Source: Patescibacteria group bacterium UBA926
GTDB taxonomy: Bacteria > Patescibacteriota > Doudnabacteria > UBA920
Length of the DNA stretch: 64,000 bases
Reading direction: 5' to 3'
Assembly: GCA_002293685.1 (NCBI GenBank)
Contig: DBDS01000006.1
Location: 108,867 to 172,866, forward strand
Positions 36,435 to 44,542 of the stretch are shown here, piece after piece. Below the pieces are notes generated by a model, which saw only the letters and a program-made list of their open reading frames with translations, had not been told where the DNA came from and did not search any database. How positions within the stretch are numbered: position 1 is the stretch's first letter; each line of letters starts with the position of its first letter. Made by a program: the position numbers and the translations under genes.

Positions 36435-36515
36435 TTATGTGGGTGTGATAAAAAGTATAAAAAGTGCGGCTTAGCAAACACAGCTGAGCATCAACGAAAC
36501 TTAGCAAAGCAATAA
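36435..36515 (+). pseudogene. secA: displaced secA 3'-terminal fragment at attR
   Basis: Encodes CGCDKKYKKCGLANTAEHQRNLAKQ*, homologous to the SecA C-terminus at 5220-5308. Confidence 0.65.
36449..36472. repeat. attR core (TAAAAAGTATAAaAAGTGcGGCTT)
   Basis: Direct repeat of the attL core. Followed by a diverged secA 3' remnant. Confidence 0.75.
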
Positions 36516-36523
36516 TTCTTAAC

Positions 36524-37081
36524 ATGGCACAATCGGCTAAAGCAACTTTATTAGAGAAGGAAGCTAAGGCCGTTTTGTTATGTAAATTTTGCCAAAAGAA
36601 TTCTAAAGGCGTTTTAGTCCCAGGTGAAGGATCTTCCAGTGCCAAATTAGTTTTTGTAGGTGAGGCGCCTGGTAAAAACGAAGCTATCACCGGTAAACCT
36701 TTTATTGGTAGGGCAGGTAAGGTATTAGATAATTTAATTACAATAGCTGGTCAAAAACGCGAACAAGTTTTCATAACTAGCGCTGTAAAATATTTGCCCA
36801 AAAATTACATCACTCCAAAGCCTGAAGATATTAAGCATGGTCGCAAGCATTTATTCGCTCAACTTGATATCATTAAACCACAGCTGGTTGTATTGTTGGG
36901 TAATGTTGCTGTTCAGACAGTTCTAGGCCGAACGCTTCCAGTAGCTCAGCATCACGGCACGATGTTACAAGAAAATGGTCAGACATATTTCATTAGTTAT
37001 CACCCTGCCGCACCGTTGTATAACCCCAAGCTTAAAATAATAATTGAAAAAGATTTTAAAGCTCTCAAAAAACTTCTATGA
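36524..37081 (+). CDS. ung: uracil-DNA glycosylase, family 4
   Basis: GEGSSSAKLVFVGEAPG motif A and HPAAPLYNP motif B. Confidence 0.8.
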   Translation: MAQSAKATLLEKEAKAVLLCKFCQKNSKGVLVPGEGSSSAKLVFVGEAPGKNEAITGKPFIGRAGKVLDNLITIAGQKREQVFITSAVKYLPKNYITPKPEDIKHGRKHLFAQLDIIKPQLVVLLGNVAVQTVLGRTLPVAQHHGTMLQENGQTYFISYHPAAPLYNPKLKIIIEKDFKALKKLL

Positions 37082-39630
37082 AGAAGAACAAAGCAAGGCT
37101 AAATCCAGACATAACGCCATCTAAATACTTTATTCAAATTGAGCCAAATTTGGCTGATTTTACCTTTGAGGGAAATGAAGTAATATACTTGGACATCAAA
37201 AAGAAAATTAAAAGTTTCAGCCTTCATTCTGCTGAGTTGAAAATTACCGAAGCTAAACTTGTTTTAGGACAAAATTCATATTCTACAAAAATAAAGTACA
37301 ATCCGAAATCCGAGGAGGTGCTTTTAACTTTTCCAAGTTCAGTTTCAGGTAAGGCGCGGTTGCATTTAAGTTTCCAAGGAGTAATTAACGATCAGCTCAG
37401 AGGTTTGTATCGTAGTAAATATACACATAAAGCGAAGGAGCAATATTTAGCGACCACGCAATTTGAAGCAACCGACGCGCGACGAATGTTTCCATGTTTC
37501 GACGAGCCTTCACACAAAGCTAGGTTTATCTTAGAGGTGATTGTTCCTAAGGAACACACAGTGATATCCAATACAATCGAGCAAACAATTTCTCCACACA
37601 AACCAGGATACAAAATTGTTAGATTTGAACCAACTCCAAAGATGTCTACATATCTTTTAGCTCTCATTTTAGGTGAGTTAGAGCACCTCAAAGCTAAATC
37701 AAAGCGCGGTGTGGAGATTAGAGTTCATACAACTCCTGGGAAAAAACAGCAGGCCAAATATGCATTAGAGTTCACAAAAAAAGCACTAGACTTCTTGGAA
37801 GACTATTTCGGCATTCCTTATCCAATGCCAGTTTTAGATTTGATTGCTGTGCCAGACTTTGGTGCAGGAGCTATGGAGAATTGGGGAGCAATTACTTTCC
37901 GAGAAACCTTACTGCTTGTAGATGAATCACAATCACCGTTTTCACAAAAACAGCGTGTCGCTGAAGTAATCGCTCACGAACTAGTTCACCAGTGGTTTGG
38001 GAATTTAGTGACAATGGAGTGGTGGACACATCTATGGCTTAATGAAAGTTTTGCCACTTACATGGCGTACGTTACAGTTGATGCAATTTACCCTGATTGG
38101 AATTTCTGGACTAAGTTTGTGCTAGAAGAGCAATCGTTTGCATTACAACAAGACAGTCTGCACGCCACTCATCCAATTGAAGTTCCTGTAAACCACCCTG
38201 AAGAAATTGCAGAAATATTTGATGCGATTAGTTATGCAAAAGGGGCGAGTGTACTCCGCATGCTCTCAAACTATATCGGTGAAGATCACTTTCGCGATGG
38301 ATTAAGTTTGTATTTGAAAAAACATTCTTATAAAAATACTTCATCAGTTCACTTATGGGAAGCTTTTGAAAAAATTTCAGGTTTACCAGTTCGACAAATA
38401 ATGAAAACTTGGACAACTAAATCTGGATTTCCTGTTATTTCGGCAAAATTATCAAAAAATAAACTACATCTAGCGCAAGAAGTATTTAAGCAGCTCTCCA
38501 ATAAGAAGGTAGGCAAGGAATTATGGCCAGTGCCATTACTAATCGAAACAGGTGATAATCAATATCTTTCACCCATGTTGATGAAATCAAAGACTGCAAA
38601 GGTTGCGATTGATCCTGCTTCACAATACTTAAATTTAGACTATAATGATGCGAGTTTAACAATCATCAATTACGATATTGCATTACTAGCTCGATTACTT
38701 CCTCTGATGCAAGAGAAAAAGCTAAGTACTTTAGATAGACTTGCACTCGTCCGTGACTCTTTTCTATTGGCAAAATCAGGGAGATTGCCTACCGAAATCT
38801 ATTTAGAAGTTCTCACGTTTCTGAACAACGAACAAAGCTATGTTGTTTGGTCTGAAGTAGCCAAGGGGACCAATCAACTTCGCAGAATGTTAGCTGGTAC
38901 TAAAGCTGATAAGGATTTTGAAAATTTCACAAAACAAATTTTTTCGGAATTACTGAACCAGAAATCACTAGGACTGAAACCAAAAAAAGGCGAAACTAAT
39001 AATAACGCCATGCTTCGTGGTATTGCGTTCGCTGAAGCTGGCTTATCTGGATACAAACCAGCAAAGAATGAAGCCATGAAATTATTCAAGCAAGCTCAAA
39101 GAGGAATGGGGGTTAATCCAAATCTAAGAAGTGCTGTTTACGCAATTGTTGCAAAGTATGGTGGTTTAACTGCTCACAAGAGCTTACAAAAAATGTACGT
39201 CGAATCAGACTTTGCTACGCACAAACAGCAACTTTTATTTGGAATGATAAACGGATGTACTGAGCAGAATCAGAAAGTTTTATTGAACTTTATTTTTAGT
39301 AGTTCAGTTAGAGACCAGGATAGGCCTTTTGCAATTGCAGCAGCAGTGACGAATTCAGAAATCAAACATTTTGCATGGAACGCAATAAAATCAAACTGGC
39401 CAGAACTGTTAAGAAAATATGGCGGTTCAAAAATGATGGGTACTTTAATTACCGGCGCAACTAGCTTTAACTCGAATCGTGAACTTAGTTCTCTTCAGAA
39501 GTTTTTAAAAGGTAAAAAAATCCCTGCTGCGAAACAGTCAATAGCTCAAACTCTTGAAAAAGTTCAGATAAATATCAATTGGCAAAAGCGAGACATTTCC
39601 TCAATATCCAAATATTTAAGGGAATTTTAG
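37078..39630 (+). CDS. pepN: aminopeptidase N (M1 family)
   Basis: GAMENWGAITFRE exopeptidase motif. HELVHQWFGNLVTMEWW...E zinc-binding HEXXH-E. Confidence 0.85.
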   Translation: MKKNKARLNPDITPSKYFIQIEPNLADFTFEGNEVIYLDIKKKIKSFSLHSAELKITEAKLVLGQNSYSTKIKYNPKSEEVLLTFPSSVSGKARLHLSFQGVINDQLRGLYRSKYTHKAKEQYLATTQFEATDARRMFPCFDEPSHKARFILEVIVPKEHTVISNTIEQTISPHKPGYKIVRFEPTPKMSTYLLALILGELEHLKAKSKRGVEIRVHTTPGKKQQAKYALEFTKKALDFLEDYFGIPYPMPVLDLIAVPDFGAGAMENWGAITFRETLLLVDESQSPFSQKQRVAEVIAHELVHQWFGNLVTMEWWTHLWLNESFATYMAYVTVDAIYPDWNFWTKFVLEEQSFALQQDSLHATHPIEVPVNHPEEIAEIFDAISYAKGASVLRMLSNYIGEDHFRDGLSLYLKKHSYKNTSSVHLWEAFEKISGLPVRQIMKTWTTKSGFPVISAKLSKNKLHLAQEVFKQLSNKKVGKELWPVPLLIETGDNQYLSPMLMKSKTAKVAIDPASQYLNLDYNDASLTIINYDIALLARLLPLMQEKKLSTLDRLALVRDSFLLAKSGRLPTEIYLEVLTFLNNEQSYVVWSEVAKGTNQLRRMLAGTKADKDFENFTKQIFSELLNQKSLGLKPKKGETNNNAMLRGIAFAEAGLSGYKPAKNEAMKLFKQAQRGMGVNPNLRSAVYAIVAKYGGLTAHKSLQKMYVESDFATHKQQLLFGMINGCTEQNQKVLLNFIFSSSVRDQDRPFAIAAAVTNSEIKHFAWNAIKSNWPELLRKYGGSKMMGTLITGATSFNSNRELSSLQKFLKGKKIPAAKQSIAQTLEKVQININWQKRDISSISKYLREF

Positions 39631-39632
39631 CT

Positions 39633-39661
39633 TTGCAATTTTTAGCCGATTTGCATATAAT
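39633..39661 (+). promoter_or_regulatory. sigma-70-like promoter (TTGCAA-17-TATAAT) upstream of secD
   Basis: Near-consensus hexamers with 17-nt spacing. Confidence 0.5.
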
Positions 39662-39695
39662 ATCTAGAGTAAATACAAGAAATTAAGAAAGAAAT

Positions 39696-41189
39696 ATGAA
39701 GCCATTCTTAAAACGATTTTCGATTTTTTTGTTTGTGATTCTGATTGGGTTGGCAGCTGGTTGGATTGTACATCCTGAAGGTTCCAAAATTAATTTAAAA
39801 CCTCTCGGAATTGATTATGAAAAAACTTTTGATATAAAGCTTGGTCTTGATTTAAGGGGAGGTGCTCATTTAGTTTATCAAGCAGATTTCACTGAAGTTG
39901 CTGAAGAAAATAGAGCTGAAGGTTTGGAAAGTGTTCGCGATACAATTGAGCGTCGCGTAAATAGTTTCGGTATATCTGAGCCACTGGTACAGATCCAAGG
40001 AAATGATCAAATTGTGGTCGAACTTCCCGGTGTTGCGGATATTAACGATGCAATTGAACAAATCGGTCAAACACCATTGTTAGAATTTAGAACTCAAAGA
40101 GCTGAATCAGAAATTCCAGAACCTACCATTGGCCCAGACGGACAACTTGCTCTGGATGTTAATCAGGCATGGGCACCAACTGGCTTATCTGGAAAAAACC
40201 TAGAACGGGCAACGGCTGACATTCAACAAGGCACTGGTGGTCGCACTGAGGTTGTCGTACGTTTATTGTTCGATAGTGAAGGTACAGAGCTATTCTCACA
40301 GTTAACCCAAGATAATATAGGTAAACCGCTTGCAATACTCTTGGATGGTGATATCATCCAAGCTCCGACTGTTCAAACAGCCATTACAAACGGTGAAGCT
40401 GTTATTACTGGTGGGTTTACCTCAGAAGATGCTAAGTTATTGGCCACCAGATTAAACTCAGGTGCATTACCAGTTCCTATAAATTTGGTTTCACAACAGA
40501 ATGTTGGAGCAAGTTTAGGACAAGAATCAATTGAAAAATCTATAATCGCAGGTTTAATTGGTTTAATCATGATCACTTTATTCATGATAATGTACTACCG
40601 ATGGCCAGGATTATTAGCTGTTCTTGCGTTATTGATTTATATTCTTGTCTCAATCGCTGTATTTAAAATAGGAATATCACCTGCGGCCATTATGCTAGTG
40701 GGAACTTTCTTTGTTCTTGGGGTTGTTGTAAACGGTTGGTTTGGCGTTTTAGCTTTAGCTAGTTACATCACCTTAATTTTTCTCAATGATGTCCAGCCAG
40801 TAACCTTAACACTTGCGGGTGTTGCTGGATTTATTCTGTCCATTGGTATGGCTGTTGATGCAAATATTCTTATTTTTGAAAGAATGAAAGAAGAACTCAG
40901 AGAAGGAAAAGATCTTCAAAAATCCATCCGCGATGGTTTCGATCGAGCTTGGTTATCAATTAGAGATTCCAGCGTAGCCACTTTAATCACTACAGGAATT
41001 TTATACATGTTCGGCACACCCTCAATTAAAGGGTATGCTGTAACATTATCTATTGGTATATTCATCTCTTTGTTCAGTGCAATAACTGCAACAAGAATCT
41101 TTTTGACATTATTAATGACTACAAAGATGTCCAAAATCCCATGGCTGATTGGTGTAGAGCTTCCTAAAAGTAATTCAGAAAGGGAATAG
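39696..41189 (+). CDS. secD: protein translocase subunit SecD
   Basis: N-terminal TM, large periplasmic domain, C-terminal 6-TM bundle. Followed by secF. Confidence 0.85.
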   Translation: MKPFLKRFSIFLFVILIGLAAGWIVHPEGSKINLKPLGIDYEKTFDIKLGLDLRGGAHLVYQADFTEVAEENRAEGLESVRDTIERRVNSFGISEPLVQIQGNDQIVVELPGVADINDAIEQIGQTPLLEFRTQRAESEIPEPTIGPDGQLALDVNQAWAPTGLSGKNLERATADIQQGTGGRTEVVVRLLFDSEGTELFSQLTQDNIGKPLAILLDGDIIQAPTVQTAITNGEAVITGGFTSEDAKLLATRLNSGALPVPINLVSQQNVGASLGQESIEKSIIAGLIGLIMITLFMIMYYRWPGLLAVLALLIYILVSIAVFKIGISPAAIMLVGTFFVLGVVVNGWFGVLALASYITLIFLNDVQPVTLTLAGVAGFILSIGMAVDANILIFERMKEELREGKDLQKSIRDGFDRAWLSIRDSSVATLITTGILYMFGTPSIKGYAVTLSIGIFISLFSAITATRIFLTLLMTTKMSKIPWLIGVELPKSNSERE

Positions 41190-41190
41190 A

Positions 41191-42081
41191 ATGAGATTAC
41201 TAAAATATTCAAAATTTTTCTTTTCACTATCAGGGATTGCTGTTGTCATCAGTATTCTATCTCTGGCCGTTTTTGGATTAAATCTAGGTATCGATTTTAG
41301 GGGCGGGACAGTAACTGAATTAAAATTCTCACAGAATGTTTCTCCAGAACAAGTTCGTAGTTCTCTTGCTAATCAAGGTCTTCAGAATGCAATTGTTCAA
41401 TCAACTGATGAAGATGGTATTTTAATCAGAACTCAAGTTACACAAAAAGAAGAAAATGACCGCTACTTAGCAACTCTTCGCACTGAGTTAGGGGAGTTTG
41501 AGGAAAGACGTTTTGATTCGATTGGTCCAGTTATTGGCAAGCAGCTATCTAGGCAAGCAATCTATCAATTAGTTTTAATCTCTTTGGCGATTATTCTTTA
41601 CATTGCGTACGTGTTCCGCAAAGTAACTAGACCAGTTTCAAGCTGGCAGTTCGGTGTAGCAGCGATAGTAGCATTGCTCCATGACCTTATTATTGTGCTC
41701 GGTGTATTTTCTCTTTTGGGAAGATTTGCAAACGTTGAAATTGATAGTATGTTTGTTACAGCAATGTTAACTGTCCTTGGTTTTTCTGTTCATGATACAA
41801 TAATTATTTTTGATAGAATCAGAGAAAATCTAAGAGTCTATGCAGGACAAACAATGGAATTTGTCGTAAATCACAGCATCTCTCAAACAATAACTAGATC
41901 TTTAAATACTAGTTTAACAGTAGTATTAGTATTACTTGCACTCCTACTATTTGGAGGAGACACAATTAGATACTTTGTTCTTGCTTTACTTATCGGTATA
42001 TTAATTGGAACTTACTCCTCGATATTCGTCGCAAGCCCATTTCTTACTCATTGGCAGGCCTACAAATTAAAACGAAAATAA
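41191..42081 (+). CDS. secF: protein translocase subunit SecF
   Basis: 296 aa with SecF TM topology. Operonic with secD. Confidence 0.85.
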   Translation: MRLLKYSKFFFSLSGIAVVISILSLAVFGLNLGIDFRGGTVTELKFSQNVSPEQVRSSLANQGLQNAIVQSTDEDGILIRTQVTQKEENDRYLATLRTELGEFEERRFDSIGPVIGKQLSRQAIYQLVLISLAIILYIAYVFRKVTRPVSSWQFGVAAIVALLHDLIIVLGVFSLLGRFANVEIDSMFVTAMLTVLGFSVHDTIIIFDRIRENLRVYAGQTMEFVVNHSISQTITRSLNTSLTVVLVLLALLLFGGDTIRYFVLALLIGILIGTYSSIFVASPFLTHWQAYKLKRK

Positions 42082-42086
42082 CATTT

Positions 42087-42111
42087 AACCCCTTATTTAT
42101 AAGGGGTTTTT
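42087..42111 (+). terminator. rho-independent terminator after secF
   Basis: AACCCCTTATTTATAAGGGGTTTTT. Confidence 0.7.
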
Positions 42112-42135
42112 ACTTAATTTTATTATACTAATTAT

Positions 42136-42164
42136 TTGACCAACGGTTTCATATATGTTATAAT
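42136..42164 (+). promoter_or_regulatory. consensus sigma-70 promoter (TTGACC-17-TATAAT)
   Basis: Hexamers and spacer read directly from sequence. Confidence 0.55.
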
Positions 42165-42185
42165 TGAGTAAATTATTTTATTCCT

Positions 42186-43274
42186 ATGGGAATCCTAGAC
42201 ACCATTATTGATTCACATCAAAAAGAATCGCTTCAAGAATTTGAACTCAATATTATTATTGAACGAATTTTAAATCCCTTAAAAGATCGAGAAAAGACAA
42301 TTTTATCTAAGAGATACGGGTTGGATGGGAAGGAAGTTGCAACTTTAAAATCTGTTGGTGAAGAACAGGGTCTAACTCGCGAGCGAGTTCGTCAAATTGA
42401 GAAAGAATTGTTAAAAAACCTTAAACGAGGTGTTGTTGAGCTTGAGGAATTTATTTCTGCACGTGATTTATTGATCAACACTATTTCTGAGCACGGCGGA
42501 ATTATGTCCGAAACTTCATTGACGAATTACTTAGGATATACAGACCCATCAGATGTACAAGCTCTTAAGTTTTTACTAAAACTTATCGCAGAATTGGAAG
42601 AACATGGAGCCGATGAACACATTAAACAATCATGGGGAAAGATTGGTTTCGATAAAGATTTCTTGCATCAATTTATCATTGCAACCAAAGACTTATTAAA
42701 CAACCATGGTCAGCCGATTTCTGCTGATCAGTTTCTTGAACAATTTGAAAAATCTGACTTTTTCAAAACTAATGAAACACGATTAACCCCAAAAGTGGTA
42801 CTTAACTATTTGCACACTGCAGAGAGTGTTCGTAAAAACCCCTTCGGTGAATATGGACTTTCTCACTGGAATGAGATTAAACCTAAAGATGTGGGGGATA
42901 AAGCTTATCTGGTTATGAAGCATCACGGAAAACCAGAACATTACTCAACAATCACAGATCTGATTAATCAAAACAACATTGATAGTCGTAAAGCATACAA
43001 AGAAACAGTTCATAACAAGTTGATTAAAGATAAGCGTTTTGTTTTGGTGGGTAGAGGTATCTACGCTTTAACAGAATGGGGTTATCAACCAGGAGTTGTA
43101 TCAGATATCATTTCCGAAGTAATCAAAGACGAAGGCAAACCTCTGTCCCGTGATGAAATTGTAAAGCGAGTATTAGAACGTCGTATGGTCAAAAAAAACA
43201 CGGTGCTGGTCGGACTTTCAAATAAAAAGTTGTTCAAAAAAGTCGGTAAAAATCTTTACGATCTAGTAAAGTAA
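42186..43274 (+). CDS. sigma-70 region-4-like HTH + HARE-HTH repeat protein
   Basis: N-terminus LSKRYGLDGKEVATLKSVGEEQGLTRERVRQIEKE is region-4-like. C-terminal repeats RFVLVGRGIYALTEWGY and LFKKVGKNLYDL resemble HARE-HTH. Confidence 0.5.
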   Translation: MGILDTIIDSHQKESLQEFELNIIIERILNPLKDREKTILSKRYGLDGKEVATLKSVGEEQGLTRERVRQIEKELLKNLKRGVVELEEFISARDLLINTISEHGGIMSETSLTNYLGYTDPSDVQALKFLLKLIAELEEHGADEHIKQSWGKIGFDKDFLHQFIIATKDLLNNHGQPISADQFLEQFEKSDFFKTNETRLTPKVVLNYLHTAESVRKNPFGEYGLSHWNEIKPKDVGDKAYLVMKHHGKPEHYSTITDLINQNNIDSRKAYKETVHNKLIKDKRFVLVGRGIYALTEWGYQPGVVSDIISEVIKDEGKPLSRDEIVKRVLERRMVKKNTVLVGLSNKKLFKKVGKNLYDLVK

Positions 43275-43305
43275 ACAGTATTTAAACAAACACTACTAAG
43301 AATAT

Positions 43306-44532
43306 ATGACAAACGGTCTACTGCCGGACTTTACAAATATTTTGGGAATCGCATGGTTTTTGTTCAGCCGCGGCGGGTGGATCGTTTTTGTTTTGCTTTT
43401 AATTTTAATTCTTTACAAATTATACATAGAGGAGATTCAAGGACAGTATTTAGAAAGTATCCATTACACAGTACTTGAAGTTAAACCACCAAAAGAAAAC
43501 CCAACCAGTTTTTATAATGCTGAACAGGTTTTTATTCAGCTTCACCAATTATTCGACAATTTTACTTTCCAAGAGAAGTACCTGGAAGGAAAACTGGTCT
43601 TTAGAGTCTCATTCGAAATCATTAGTTTAGGTGGTCATATTTCTTACATTGTACGCGTTCCTACTAAACAACGAGATTTGGTTGAAGCTGCATTTTATGC
43701 CAACTTTCCAACTTTAGAAATTACCGAAGTAAAAGATTATCTTGAAAACTTCGAATATGACCCCGAAAATCCAAAGTATGATCTGTTTGGTGCTGAATTT
43801 CTATTAATAAAGGACCAAAGCTACCCAATTAGAACATACAGGGAGTTTGAAGGGTTGTCTGCACCAGAACTTAGTAATGTAGTAGTTGATCCTCTTTCCC
43901 CATTATTTGAAACTTTCACAAAAATTAGTGATGAGGAGTTTTATGGTATACAATTTATCTTGGAGCCAGTCATGGATGATTCTTGGCATGATGATGCAGA
44001 GAAGGAAATTGAAAAACTTCTTGGTCAAAAAGAAGTTGTAGGACCTGATGGTAAAAAAAATAAAGTCAAGAACGATATGATGGGTGTCGATGAAGTGATA
44101 AAAGATCAAGTAACAGCGATAAAGAAAAAATTAGGTCGCCCGGGTTTCAGTACTAAAATAAGAATTCTCCATATGGGTACTGCCGAAAAATTTAACTCAG
44201 ATCATAAAAAGCTGGTTTTAAGTCCTTTCCGAATTTTTAGCTCAGCAAATTTTAATGGTTTCCGTCCTGCTTTTGGTCCCAAAAAAGACTACCGTATTTC
44301 AAAAAACTTAGAAGCAGCTTATATTGATTGGTGGGTAAAGCGCCGTAAGAAAGTTCTTTTCGATGGATACAAATCAAGAAGTAACTGGAAAGGTGAAAAA
44401 AATTACATTTTAAACACTGAAGAATTAGCGACATTATTTCACTTTCCTGTGTCAGTTACACCAATTTCACAACCCGTTGAAAGTTTGGACGCTAAAAAGA
44501 TTGCCCCTCCTGCAAACTTACCAATTGGTTAA
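43306..44532 (+). CDS. hypothetical membrane-anchored protein (partner of the downstream ATPase)
   Basis: N-terminal TM helix, then a ~370-aa soluble domain. Confidence 0.5.
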   Translation: MTNGLLPDFTNILGIAWFLFSRGGWIVFVLLLILILYKLYIEEIQGQYLESIHYTVLEVKPPKENPTSFYNAEQVFIQLHQLFDNFTFQEKYLEGKLVFRVSFEIISLGGHISYIVRVPTKQRDLVEAAFYANFPTLEITEVKDYLENFEYDPENPKYDLFGAEFLLIKDQSYPIRTYREFEGLSAPELSNVVVDPLSPLFETFTKISDEEFYGIQFILEPVMDDSWHDDAEKEIEKLLGQKEVVGPDGKKNKVKNDMMGVDEVIKDQVTAIKKKLGRPGFSTKIRILHMGTAEKFNSDHKKLVLSPFRIFSSANFNGFRPAFGPKKDYRISKNLEAAYIDWWVKRRKKVLFDGYKSRSNWKGEKNYILNTEELATLFHFPVSVTPISQPVESLDAKKIAPPANLPIG

Positions 44533-44542
44533 ATAATATTTC

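Larger units (their letters stand above)
5239..36472 (+). mobile_element. integrated siphovirus-like temperate prophage (~31.2 kb), attL to attR
   Basis: Bounded by 24-bp imperfect direct repeats (5239-5262 / 36449-36472). Tyrosine integrase next to attR. Full virion, lysis and recombination gene set. Compositional shift at both ends. Confidence 0.85.
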
